A DNA stretch of 64,000 nt from a virus (Duplodnaviria; Caudoviricetes). Every line of letters starts with the position of its first letter. Positions within the stretch are counted from its first letter, which is position 1. Of the stretch, positions 49,828-57,672 are shown one piece after another. Both the position numbers and the translations under genes were made by a program. The notes below the pieces were generated by a model. That model worked only from the letters and a program-made list of their open reading frames with translations. It was not told the DNA's origin and did not search any database. The DNA is taken from the IMG/VR virus record IMGVR_UViG_3300022305_000835, positions 1 to 64,000 of that record, one strand, 5' to 3'.

Positions 49828-51066
49828 ATGTTTAAGAAATACAGTGGTTGGGAATGGATGTTAATCAATGCAGCTAATTTAGCTGGCAGAGACAAATTAA
49901 CCCATGAGCAAAGAATTGAGTGGGCAACAACAAATTTGGATACATTAGAAGATCTTGGAGATGATGCAGGTACAAATTATCCTCAGTACATTACAGCAGT
50001 AATGGGCATCAGAAAAGCACAACAAAGAGTGCCTACAGGTTTGTTAGTAACTGTAGATGCAGTATGTTCAGGCATACAAATTATGAGTGCTTTAACAGGT
50101 TGTATTAACGGAGCTAAAGCAACTGGTTTAGTAGACGATCATCGTAGACCTGATGCGTATTGGGACGTTACTGCTATTATGAATAAGAAGTTAGGAGGTA
50201 CGCTTCATATTAGCAAAGCTGATGCAAAACGCGCAGTTATGACTTCATTCTATGGCAGTGAAAAAGTACCTGTAGAAGTATTTGGTGAAGATTCTATTGA
50301 GCTAGATACCTTCTATGAAGTAATGCAATTAGTTGCACCAGGTGCTTGGAATATATTAGGCACACTCAAAGCATCATGGAAAGCACTTACTTTAGCGCAT
50401 AAATGGAAACTTCCTGATGGATTTGATGCAGTAGTTAAAGTCATGGCTAAGAAAGAAACTCGTATTGAAATTGATGAGTTAGATCACAGTACCTTTACAT
50501 ACTACTATTCAGAAAATGAAGGGAGTAAATCAGGCATCTCATTAGTTGCAAATGTAGTACACAGCTTAGATGCTTACATCATGCGTGAAATGCACAGAAG
50601 ATGTAATTACTCATCAGATCTTGAAACCATTCAAGCTATTATTACCAGTGAAATTCTTACTCGTGATCAAGGTGCACCAAGAGCACAATGTTCTTATGAA
50701 TCAAAAGCTGTGTATTATCAGACACAGTTCAATCGTAGTGGTGTATGCAGTATTGTTGGTACAAATTGGATCAATCCTGTTAATGTAAAATTCTTAGATT
50801 TGGCATATTTACAAGAATTGAATCGTGTTATCAGCATAGTAGTAGAACATAAATCATTTCATTTAGTAACACTACATGATGCGTTTTCAGCTCACGCAAA
50901 TAATGTTAATCAAATCAGATTTCACTATAAAGAAATCCTTGCTGAATTAGCAGATTCAGAAGTATTGAATGACATCTTGCAACAAATTAAACCACAACCT
51001 AAGTATCGTAAAAGAAGTCTAAACTTATCTGAAAAGATTAGACAGAGTAATTATACACTTACATAG
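49828..51066 (+). CDS. RNA polymerase II subunit 2 (N4 gp16-like)
   Basis: Motif A DAVCSGIQ, motif B AKRAVMTSFYGS, ANVVHSLDAY, motif C LHDAF. Confidence 0.92.
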   Translation: MFKKYSGWEWMLINAANLAGRDKLTHEQRIEWATTNLDTLEDLGDDAGTNYPQYITAVMGIRKAQQRVPTGLLVTVDAVCSGIQIMSALTGCINGAKATGLVDDHRRPDAYWDVTAIMNKKLGGTLHISKADAKRAVMTSFYGSEKVPVEVFGEDSIELDTFYEVMQLVAPGAWNILGTLKASWKALTLAHKWKLPDGFDAVVKVMAKKETRIEIDELDHSTFTYYYSENEGSKSGISLVANVVHSLDAYIMREMHRRCNYSSDLETIQAIITSEILTRDQGAPRAQCSYESKAVYYQTQFNRSGVCSIVGTNWINPVNVKFLDLAYLQELNRVISIVVEHKSFHLVTLHDAFSAHANNVNQIRFHYKEILAELADSEVLNDILQQIKPQPKYRKRSLNLSEKIRQSNYTLT

Positions 51067-51134
51067 TATTACAGGAGGTATTGAAATACTCAGTACCTCC
51101 TTCTATTTCTAATCAAATAACTTAAGAGAATAAA

Positions 51135-51383
51135 ATGAAAGCAATATTATTATTAACAATGCAGATGTTATCAGTACAGACTTCAATGGATATCAAAGGT
51201 GGCTATGTTGCTGAAGATAGAAGAACATTATCAACTACTACAATTGAGTACGCATCAATTACTGCATGTAGAAACGGTAGAGAAGAACTGCAGTTAGCAT
51301 TTGGAGCCTACCAAATGTCTAAAGTACACACGAATATCATGAGTGCAGTGTGCATTGATACAGACACAGGATCAGTACAATGA
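51135..51383 (+). CDS. Small secreted/membrane hypothetical protein
   Basis: Hydrophobic N-terminus, two Cys. Confidence 0.5.
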   Translation: MKAILLLTMQMLSVQTSMDIKGGYVAEDRRTLSTTTIEYASITACRNGREELQLAFGAYQMSKVHTNIMSAVCIDTDTGSVQ

Positions 51384-51580
51384 CCAACTATAAACATGTA
51401 ATTGCTGTTGCTTTAGTAGGCTTCATCATTGGAGCTGTAGTAAGTACTGGAGTATATCCTATGACCCATAAAGGATATCACGAAGTGCTTAAAACGAATA
51501 TTGGGGAATTTATCTTAAGAGACGGTAAAATCTTTACAGTATATGAAATGCAAAGAGATATGATGACAGGTGGAAAATAG
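51380..51580 (+). CDS. Small membrane protein
   Basis: N-terminal TM segment VIAVALVGFIIGAVV. Confidence 0.5.
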   Translation: MTNYKHVIAVALVGFIIGAVVSTGVYPMTHKGYHEVLKTNIGEFILRDGKIFTVYEMQRDMMTGGK

Positions 51581-51593
51581 AAATATGATCATG

Positions 51594-51633
51594 AAGGCGA
51601 ACTCCGTTCGCTTTTGTGGTTTTTTTTTTTTTT
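51594..51633 (+). terminator. Hairpin plus long T tract with TCC loop
   Basis: GCGAAC-TCC-GTTCGC-TTTTGTGG then a long T run. Confidence 0.6.
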
Positions 51634-51748
51634 GTTAAAAAGATAGTCAAATAGAAGTTCTATAGAAGTTCTCAAATACTTCTTACCGATATACTAACAA
51701 AGTCAAATAATGAATTTCGACTATATACAGCCGATACCTTAACAATAT

Positions 51749-51858
51749 TTTACTCTTATAAATAGTTAAGTATATAATACGTTGAGATTTACCACATTAC
51801 CCTAGTTCTCCTAAAGAACTCTCCAACTCGCCTCTGTTCTATAACAGAGGCATTTTTT
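51749..51858 (+). ncRNA. Candidate sigma70-driven small RNA (~75 nt)
   Basis: TTTACT-18 nt-TATAAT (51773-51778), ORF-free C-rich body, terminator GCCTCTGTT-CTAT-AACAGAGGC-ATTTTTTT. Confidence 0.4.
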
Positions 51859-51879
51859 TATCTAATCTAAGAGTTATAT

Positions 51880-52077
51880 ATGTCAGATAATGAAATACCA
51901 CCATATTATTGTGACTATCTTGCTATAGATGGTCAAAGAAGTAGACTATTACTCCATCCAATTAAAGTTTGGTATGGTAGTAATAATGTGTTTACTGAAG
52001 CCACTTGGCTGATGTCAGCATTAAATGTAGTAACAGATGAAGAAGTTACTCTATCAATGAGCCACATCAATGTTTAA
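51880..52077 (+). CDS. Hypothetical protein
   Basis: 65-aa ORF. Confidence 0.45.
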   Translation: MSDNEIPPYYCDYLAIDGQRSRLLLHPIKVWYGSNNVFTEATWLMSALNVVTDEEVTLSMSHINV

Positions 52078-52119
52078 GATATTCTAGTTTTTTTAATTTA
52101 ATTTATATAGGTACAGTAG

Positions 52120-52533
52120 ATGTCACCAACAATTTCATGTGTAGGAACAATACCTACCAAAACTTATCCAACAGATGCTGGATTTGATCTCATAGCAAGT
52201 AGAGATATTATAATTCCTGCCAGAGATAGCGCTATTATTGGTACAGGTACCCATATTAGTATTCCGTTAGGTTATGTAGGTTTAATTTGGAGTCGAAGTG
52301 GGCTCTCTTGTAAACATAAACTTGAGGTAGGTGCAGGATGCATTGATTATGGATATACAGGTGAATTATTAGTTCATTTACACAATTTATCTGATACCCT
52401 TTATGATGTACATAAGGGGGATAAAATTGCACAACTTTTAATTATGCCTATACTACTTCCTACATTTGAATCAGTAGACAAACTACCTGAAGCAGATAGA
52501 GGAAATAATGGATTTGGAAGTACTGGTAAATAG
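52120..52533 (+). CDS. dut: Trimeric dUTPase
   Basis: AGFDL, RSGL, GCIDYGYTGE, GDKIAQL, RGNNGFGSTG: all five motifs. Confidence 0.95.
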   Translation: MSPTISCVGTIPTKTYPTDAGFDLIASRDIIIPARDSAIIGTGTHISIPLGYVGLIWSRSGLSCKHKLEVGAGCIDYGYTGELLVHLHNLSDTLYDVHKGDKIAQLLIMPILLPTFESVDKLPEADRGNNGFGSTGK

Positions 52534-52622
52534 TGTAGGATTTATCCATGAATCACAGTTATAACCATGGATTGACGATAGAGAATAGAACTACATTTCT
52601 TAATTACTATGAGGATACTCAA

Positions 52623-52700
52623 ATGGCAAAAGCTAAACCAATGAAAAAAGATAAGGATGGTGACATGGACGGCAGTAAAAAGAAAAAAGAGAAGTGTTAA
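52623..52700 (+). CDS. 25-aa Lys-rich micropeptide (not in ORF track)
   Basis: MAKAKPMKKDKDGDMDGSKKKKEKC with GAGGA RBS. Confidence 0.5.
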   Translation: MAKAKPMKKDKDGDMDGSKKKKEKC

Positions 52701-52770
52701 AGTCCTGATAAGGAAAGACATTGATAGTGTGCCAAAAATGCGTGTTCGATTCGCGTAGACTGCTCCATAA

Positions 52771-52962
52771 AATAGTCCTGATAGGCTAAATACCCGTTTC
52801 TCCGAGGGTTTATTCGGAGAGTCTATATTTAAGGACTCTGATTAGAGTATTTAAATGCAGGCAACTGCAGATCCAAGAACTTCGGAATAGGGATGGGATC
52901 TCCTCCAGCCTGTAGAGGCTAAACACAGGCACTATTATTCACCCACATTAGTGGGTATTTTT
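52771..52962 (+). ncRNA. Candidate structured non-coding RNA followed by a terminator
   Basis: ORF-free; stems AGTCCT/AGGACT, TAAATA/TATTTA, TCTCCGA/TCGGAGA, TGCAG-GCAA-CTGCA, AGCCT-GTAG-AGGCT; terminator ACCCAC-ATTA-GTGGGT-ATTTTT. Confidence 0.4.
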
Positions 52963-52976
52963 ATATCTGGAATTTT

Positions 52977-53300
52977 ATGAACGAACCATTAACAGGTATC
53001 AAGCACGACCAAGGTAAGGCACCCTTACACTTGTTAAACCAGGAGGCATTAATTGAAACTGCTAAAGTCTTTGGTTATGGCGCACAGAAATATTCTGCAA
53101 ATAACTGGCGTAAAGGTATCAATTTAACCCGCATATTAAATGCAGTAGAAAGACATTGTATGGAATTACAGCAAGGCAATGATATTGACGAAGAGTCAGG
53201 ATTATCACACGCTGCCCATGCAATTGCAGGGCTCATGATGTTCATGGGCATTAATAAACACTCACCAGAATATGATGACAGGTATAAGAACCATGATTAA
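52977..53300 (+). CDS. dATP/dGTP diphosphohydrolase-domain protein (DUF5664-like)
   Basis: G.K.D.GK..L.LL...AL...A.V..YGA.KY...NWRKG...A..RH......G.D.D.ESGL.H.AHA. Confidence 0.85.
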   Translation: MNEPLTGIKHDQGKAPLHLLNQEALIETAKVFGYGAQKYSANNWRKGINLTRILNAVERHCMELQQGNDIDEESGLSHAAHAIAGLMMFMGINKHSPEYDDRYKNHD

Positions 53301-53406
53301 TGCAGAATGGGTAAATTTAAGTATATTAGTTTTAGGTACTCTCTGGGTATTTGGATTTATTCAATTTGGTAAAACGGAGAGAGATAATGACAACACAAGC
53401 AGATAA
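53293..53406 (+). CDS. 37-aa single-TM peptide (not in ORF track)
   Basis: MINAEWVNLSILVLGTLWVFGFIQFGKTERDNDNTSR, overlapping both neighbours. Confidence 0.45.
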   Translation: MINAEWVNLSILVLGTLWVFGFIQFGKTERDNDNTSR

Positions 53407-54229
53407 AATCTATCTTGATCTTTTACAGATGGTTCTACAAGATGGGGATGAAGTTACAACTAGAAATAGCGAATGCTACTCCCACTTTAATTTACCTAAT
53501 GTAACCTTTACTGAGTTTCCTTTAGTCACTCTTCGTAAAACTGCAGCCATGAAGGCTATTAGGGAAATGGAATGGTTTCTTAGTGGTAAATCAGAATGTC
53601 CTAGAGAGTTACTCGATTGGTGGTCTGGTCAGTTAGATGGGTTTAATAATTTAATAAATGGATATTCTAATCAGTTTAGATATTCAACTGGATACTGTGC
53701 AGATACTAATGAACCCACTTTTTTTGATCAAGTTGAATTTATACATAACGCTTTAAAAACAAATCCAAATAGCAGACGATTAGTAATGTCTGTATGGAAC
53801 CCAGGAGAAATGGCAAATATTGTCACTGCTAATAATAACCCTAACACACCTACCTGTTGTCACTCCATTGTAGTGCAGTTCTTTGTTCGTTCAGGCCATC
53901 TTCATATGAAGACCTATCAACGTTCAGCAGACATGCTATTAGGCGTACCACACAACTGGGCACAGTCTTGGGCAATGTTAATGTACTTTGCTAAACGATC
54001 AGGATTAGAAGTAGGCTCAATGACATGGATGTGGGGAGATGCTCACATTTACAAAGAACAAAGTCATCTTGATACTGTTAACCAGTTATTAAACACAACT
54101 AAAGATCTATCAGGTCAATCCATTTCATTGGTATATCGCAGTACTTCAAAAGAGTTTAATGCAACAGACTTTAAGATTTCAGGTAATATCCCTGACCCTG
54201 TAGTAACAATTAGACCTAAACTGTTGTAG
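53387..54229 (+). CDS. thyA: Thymidylate synthase (ThyA type)
   Basis: FPLVTLRK, NPNSRRL..S.WN, PTCCH, YQRSADMLLGVPHN, GDAHIY; likely ATG at 53387. Confidence 0.9.
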   Translation: MTTQADKIYLDLLQMVLQDGDEVTTRNSECYSHFNLPNVTFTEFPLVTLRKTAAMKAIREMEWFLSGKSECPRELLDWWSGQLDGFNNLINGYSNQFRYSTGYCADTNEPTFFDQVEFIHNALKTNPNSRRLVMSVWNPGEMANIVTANNNPNTPTCCHSIVVQFFVRSGHLHMKTYQRSADMLLGVPHNWAQSWAMLMYFAKRSGLEVGSMTWMWGDAHIYKEQSHLDTVNQLLNTTKDLSGQSISLVYRSTSKEFNATDFKISGNIPDPVVTIRPKLL

Positions 54230-54235
54230 AAAATT

Positions 54236-54475
54236 ATGTCTAATTATATTTCTTATCAGGATATTTCAAATCGATTAAATGTGACAGAGAAACAGGTAGA
54301 AATGGCAGTCTATAGTGGCATGCTTCCTCCACCCTCTGTCATAGATAAGTGGGATTCACATCATGTTGAATTCTATATTAATGAATGGGCTGCTAAATTA
54401 GCTAGAGCTAATCCTAAAGCAGATAATAAATGTATTGCTAACGAAAATTATACATTTCCAAGGCACCAAAGATGA
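54236..54475 (+). CDS. AlpA/excisionase-like HTH protein
   Basis: YISYQDISNRLNV..KQV...V.SG.LPPP......W pattern. Confidence 0.55.
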   Translation: MSNYISYQDISNRLNVTEKQVEMAVYSGMLPPPSVIDKWDSHHVEFYINEWAAKLARANPKADNKCIANENYTFPRHQR

Positions 54476-54503
54476 CATCATCTGAATTAGAGGAGTTACT
54501 AAC

Positions 54504-55493
54504 ATGAGTATAAACATTAATGATAGAAGGCTAATTGAAGGTCCTAAGAATAACTTAATGGCAGTGCGTCCAACTAAACATACTTGGGCTATGAAGGTTC
54601 TTGAGAAGATGCAGAATAATGCATGGGACCAACGAGAGATTGATTTAACAGATGATGCTAAACAATATGCCACAGGTCAACTGGTTGATGGAAATCTCAA
54701 AGCATACAAAAAAGCTTTGGCATTCCTATCTAATTTGGACGGGATTCAGTTGAATAACTTGACTACTAATATTGGTAAGCATATTACATCCCCTGAAGTG
54801 GCTATGTGTATAGTTAGACAAGCATGGGAAGAAGCACAGCACGTATTAAGCTATGCTCAGATGATTGAGTCAATTGGGTTTGACCCAGAAGAAGTTTATT
54901 GGATGTTTGAGACGGATGAATTACTTGCAGAAAAGAATATATACATCACGGAATCTTCAGAGATTCTTGGTAAAGGCTTTACGCCAGAGAACTTCGTTAA
55001 GGCAGTGGTTGCTAATATCGCGTTGGAAGGCGTTTATTTCTTCAATGGGTTCTTGGTGTTCTACACGTTAGAGCGACAAAATCTAATGCGTGGCAGTGCC
55101 AATATGATTAGGCAAATCCAGAAGGATGAAGAAACCCATCTGGTGTTATTTATCAATATGTGGAATACGCTGAGACAAGAACGTCCTGAATTGTTCACCA
55201 AAGAGCTACTTGATGATTGTAGAAATATCATCAAACTTGCAGCAGAACACGAGATCATTTGGGGGAAATGGATTATTTCCGAAGGTGTGCTAGGGCTATC
55301 TGACCATGTAATTGATGATTTTATACGTAACCTTGCAGACATGCGCTTGGAATCCATTGGGTTAGAGAAGCTTTATAATGTAAAAACGTCTTGCCCTTGG
55401 TTCTTTGAAGTCAGTAATGTAAACATGGGTGATACTAACTTCTTTGAAGGTAAGCTATCAAACTATGAAAGTGGTAGTTTAGACTGGGATTAA
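54504..55493 (+). CDS. nrdB: Ribonucleotide reductase class Ia beta subunit
   Basis: NLDGIQ, WEEAQH..SY (radical Tyr), ALEGVYF, KDEETH, NFFE..L..Y tail. Confidence 0.9.
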   Translation: MSININDRRLIEGPKNNLMAVRPTKHTWAMKVLEKMQNNAWDQREIDLTDDAKQYATGQLVDGNLKAYKKALAFLSNLDGIQLNNLTTNIGKHITSPEVAMCIVRQAWEEAQHVLSYAQMIESIGFDPEEVYWMFETDELLAEKNIYITESSEILGKGFTPENFVKAVVANIALEGVYFFNGFLVFYTLERQNLMRGSANMIRQIQKDEETHLVLFINMWNTLRQERPELFTKELLDDCRNIIKLAAEHEIIWGKWIISEGVLGLSDHVIDDFIRNLADMRLESIGLEKLYNVKTSCPWFFEVSNVNMGDTNFFEGKLSNYESGSLDWD

Positions 55494-55497
55494 AAGT

Positions 55498-55689
55498 ATG
55501 TTCATATTATTTGTAATGGTGTACACACTACATGGTCATACCAAGATACTCACTACAGAGTTCCCCACAATGGATGTGTGTCTCAAAGCTAAAGAACATT
55601 TGATGCATAACACTGTGGTCAGCACAATTAAGTGTAGACAACAGACTCAAAGACCTCTAACAAGCATTCGTACCTTAAAAGGGAAATGA
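55498..55689 (+). CDS. Small hypothetical protein
   Basis: Hydrophobic N-terminus and F.TMDVC..A...C pattern. Confidence 0.45.
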   Translation: MFILFVMVYTLHGHTKILTTEFPTMDVCLKAKEHLMHNTVVSTIKCRQQTQRPLTSIRTLKGK

Positions 55690-55696
55690 TATACGT

Positions 55697-55867
55697 ATGA
55701 TATTACTAAAAGTTAGCCACCTCGCTAAAGCATTAAGTATGTCCCGCAATCAAATTAACTATGTGCTAAAGCGTGAAAAAATTAAACCCGTAGAATATCG
55801 TAATACCTACACAGGACTTACAGGTTTTTATGACCTGAATCAGATTACGTCCATTATTAAATCGTAG
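55697..55867 (+). CDS. Small HTH DNA-binding protein (not in ORF track)
   Basis: MILLKVSHLAKALSMSRNQINYVLKREKIKP...GFYDLNQITSIIKS, excisionase/MerR-like. Confidence 0.5.
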   Translation: MILLKVSHLAKALSMSRNQINYVLKREKIKPVEYRNTYTGLTGFYDLNQITSIIKS

Positions 55868-55884
55868 ATTATTGAGGTCATTAA

Positions 55885-56088
55885 ATGTCATCTAAACATA
55901 TCCGTGCATATGAACAAATCCAAGCTATAGCAAATACCGAAGGATATATAGCTAAAACTATTGAAATTTGGAATACACCTATTAGAAAGCTTAGTACTAA
56001 TCAAGTAAATTCGTTTAGTGAAGTATTGAATGAGTTGATTGCATCTGAAAAAGCCAACGAATTACTCACTAAAACACATGGAAAATAA
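55885..56088 (+). CDS. Hypothetical protein
   Basis: 67 aa, GAGG RBS. Confidence 0.5.
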   Translation: MSSKHIRAYEQIQAIANTEGYIAKTIEIWNTPIRKLSTNQVNSFSEVLNELIASEKANELLTKTHGK

Positions 56089-56090
56089 TC

Positions 56091-56372
56091 ATGAATACAG
56101 AAGAACAAATACAAGAGTTAGCGGTGCTGATGTTTGATAGTGGTCATTTGACATTGCCTGAACACGAAGCACTTCTCTCAGAATGGTTTAAAACCCAAAC
56201 ATTCGCACAACCTAAACAGCATCATGTTAATTGGGGCGAGGTAAGTGGAAAGGCTGATTTTGTTATACATAAAATGGAAGTATATGATACAGAAGGCAAC
56301 TTGTTACAGTGTGTAAACCTTAAAACGCAGTACCGTCCCAAAGACGCAGTTGCTTTAGCAACTGGAGAATAA
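56091..56372 (+). CDS. Hypothetical protein
   Basis: 93-aa ORF in a tightly packed operon. Confidence 0.5.
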   Translation: MNTEEQIQELAVLMFDSGHLTLPEHEALLSEWFKTQTFAQPKQHHVNWGEVSGKADFVIHKMEVYDTEGNLLQCVNLKTQYRPKDAVALATGE

Positions 56373-56373
56373 A

Positions 56374-56646
56374 ATGACTGTATTGGAAATGATGGAAAAC
56401 GATGTTAATTCGGTTGTTGGCTTAAACGTATCGTATGAATTTGGTGGCTCGAAACCGATGGAAGGTAAAGTATGGTCTTCTAAGAAAAACAAAATAGAAG
56501 CTATGATTGATGGGCAGTTATCGACTTGGTATTCTTATGGAATATCATTTGATGGTCGTTGGTATTACACAGTGGATAAATTCACGCGATTACTTGGAGA
56601 ATATAATGACAGAAACGAACACAGCGAAATCGACATGTATGATTGA
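56374..56646 (+). CDS. Hypothetical protein
   Basis: 90-aa ORF, GGAG RBS. Confidence 0.45.
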   Translation: MTVLEMMENDVNSVVGLNVSYEFGGSKPMEGKVWSSKKNKIEAMIDGQLSTWYSYGISFDGRWYYTVDKFTRLLGEYNDRNEHSEIDMYD

Positions 56647-56920
56647 GGTACCTGACACCCACATGACACTCAATGGTCTTTCCATTGACTTAAATGTCAA
56701 TAGAGATTGTTTGAGAAGTAAGATGGTAGTGGCTAAAGTAGTGCCGAAAGGTTTGGTATACATTAAAGGATATAAAACTAATCTGTATCTAAAAACAGAT
56801 TTACTTTTTTTATATAGCTTTGATTTTACAGGATACGTTAGACATTCAACGGATTCTATTAATAATGAGCACCCATTTTCAAACCAATTAGCTACTAAAT
56901 TTATTCGAGGTATAAGATGA
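56606..56920 (+). CDS. Hypothetical protein
   Basis: Probable start MTETN at 56606 with GGAG RBS, within ORF 56507-56920. Confidence 0.4.
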   Translation: MTETNTAKSTCMIEVPDTHMTLNGLSIDLNVNRDCLRSKMVVAKVVPKGLVYIKGYKTNLYLKTDLLFLYSFDFTGYVRHSTDSINNEHPFSNQLATKFIRGIR

Positions 56921-57174
56921 ATACACAGATATACCCATATCAAAATTACACTAAATACTGCCAAGTGGGTCTGCACTACGTTAATCATTTAGTTAAACGA
57001 TATTACATCACTACTAAACTTGATAACGAAGGCAGTCCTATAAGGATACCTAAGTTAAGCTATATTTGTACACAGTGCGCCTCGTATACAGACTCTTGGT
57101 CATTAACTCTTAAACGTACACGAATTGAGATTATAACCCGAACACTTTTGCAACAACCCAACTTACATCACTAA
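56917..57174 (+). CDS. Small putative Zn-binding protein
   Basis: CQVGLH and CTQC motifs. Confidence 0.45.
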   Translation: MNTQIYPYQNYTKYCQVGLHYVNHLVKRYYITTKLDNEGSPIRIPKLSYICTQCASYTDSWSLTLKRTRIEIITRTLLQQPNLHH

Positions 57175-57189
57175 CTAGATAATACTACT

Positions 57190-57582
57190 ATGCCACAAGA
57201 TATCTTAGATTTAATCAAAGCTGTAAACACCTATCGCTTAGAACAAGAAGCACTTCATGATGGAATTACATTAAAAGAGTTCGTCATTATGATGAACAAA
57301 GTAGGAGAGAAGCAAGAAAAACCTAAAGTTAACTGTAATAAAGCAGGAGAGAAGCCAAGCCCTCAATTTGTACAAAACATTGGATCATACAAAGTAGTAA
57401 GTATAGATGGCACAATCACCGCATTAGATATTGCAGCTACAAATTTAGTACAAGTTGGTAAGGATACAATTAAATTAGTATGGCCACATACAGCAATCAT
57501 CTTTACAACTATTTCAGAAGAAGGTGCTGGCTATATCAACCAAGCAGAGTTTGATAATCTTGCTGAGTTTTGCTTAGGCTAG
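57190..57582 (+). CDS. Hypothetical protein
   Basis: 130-aa ORF followed by a terminator. Confidence 0.55.
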   Translation: MPQDILDLIKAVNTYRLEQEALHDGITLKEFVIMMNKVGEKQEKPKVNCNKAGEKPSPQFVQNIGSYKVVSIDGTITALDIAATNLVQVGKDTIKLVWPHTAIIFTTISEEGAGYINQAEFDNLAEFCLG

Positions 57583-57600
57583 TTTTTAAAATACCTCTAT

Positions 57601-57636
57601 AGCCTCGAATGTAGAAATATGTTCGAGGCTTTTTTA
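57601..57636 (+). terminator. Rho-independent terminator
   Basis: AGCCTCGAATGTA-GAAA-TATGTTCGAGGCT-TTTT. Confidence 0.7.
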
Positions 57637-57672
57637 TACCCAAAAATTATTATATAAACTTAGGACCACATA

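Noticed and set aside
51620-51633. 14-nt poly-T run as a phase-variation site
   Set aside because: Intergenic and directly after a hairpin; explained as a terminator U tract or homopolymer sequencing error.
52701-52930. Hammerhead or HDV-like (theta) ribozyme suggested by CTGATA..GAAA and GGCTAAA
   Set aside because: The core is CTGATAA/G rather than CTGANGA, stem II is missing, and I could not build the P1/P2/P3 nested pseudoknot.
52977-53300. Z-genome (2-aminoadenine) or 7-deazaguanine pathway
   Set aside because: The DUF5664-like gene alone is not diagnostic; no purZ, datZ, dpdA, folE or queC-like genes are seen in the window.
53387-54229. ThyA homolog acting as a dCMP hydroxymethylase
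   Set aside because: It keeps Asn in LGVPHN (the dUMP-specifying position), whereas dCMP-modifying enzymes have Asp.
43597-55493. Introns or inteins in terL, RNAP subunits, thyA or nrdB
   Set aside because: All are of normal length and uninterrupted, with no splice-junction motifs or homing endonuclease ORFs.
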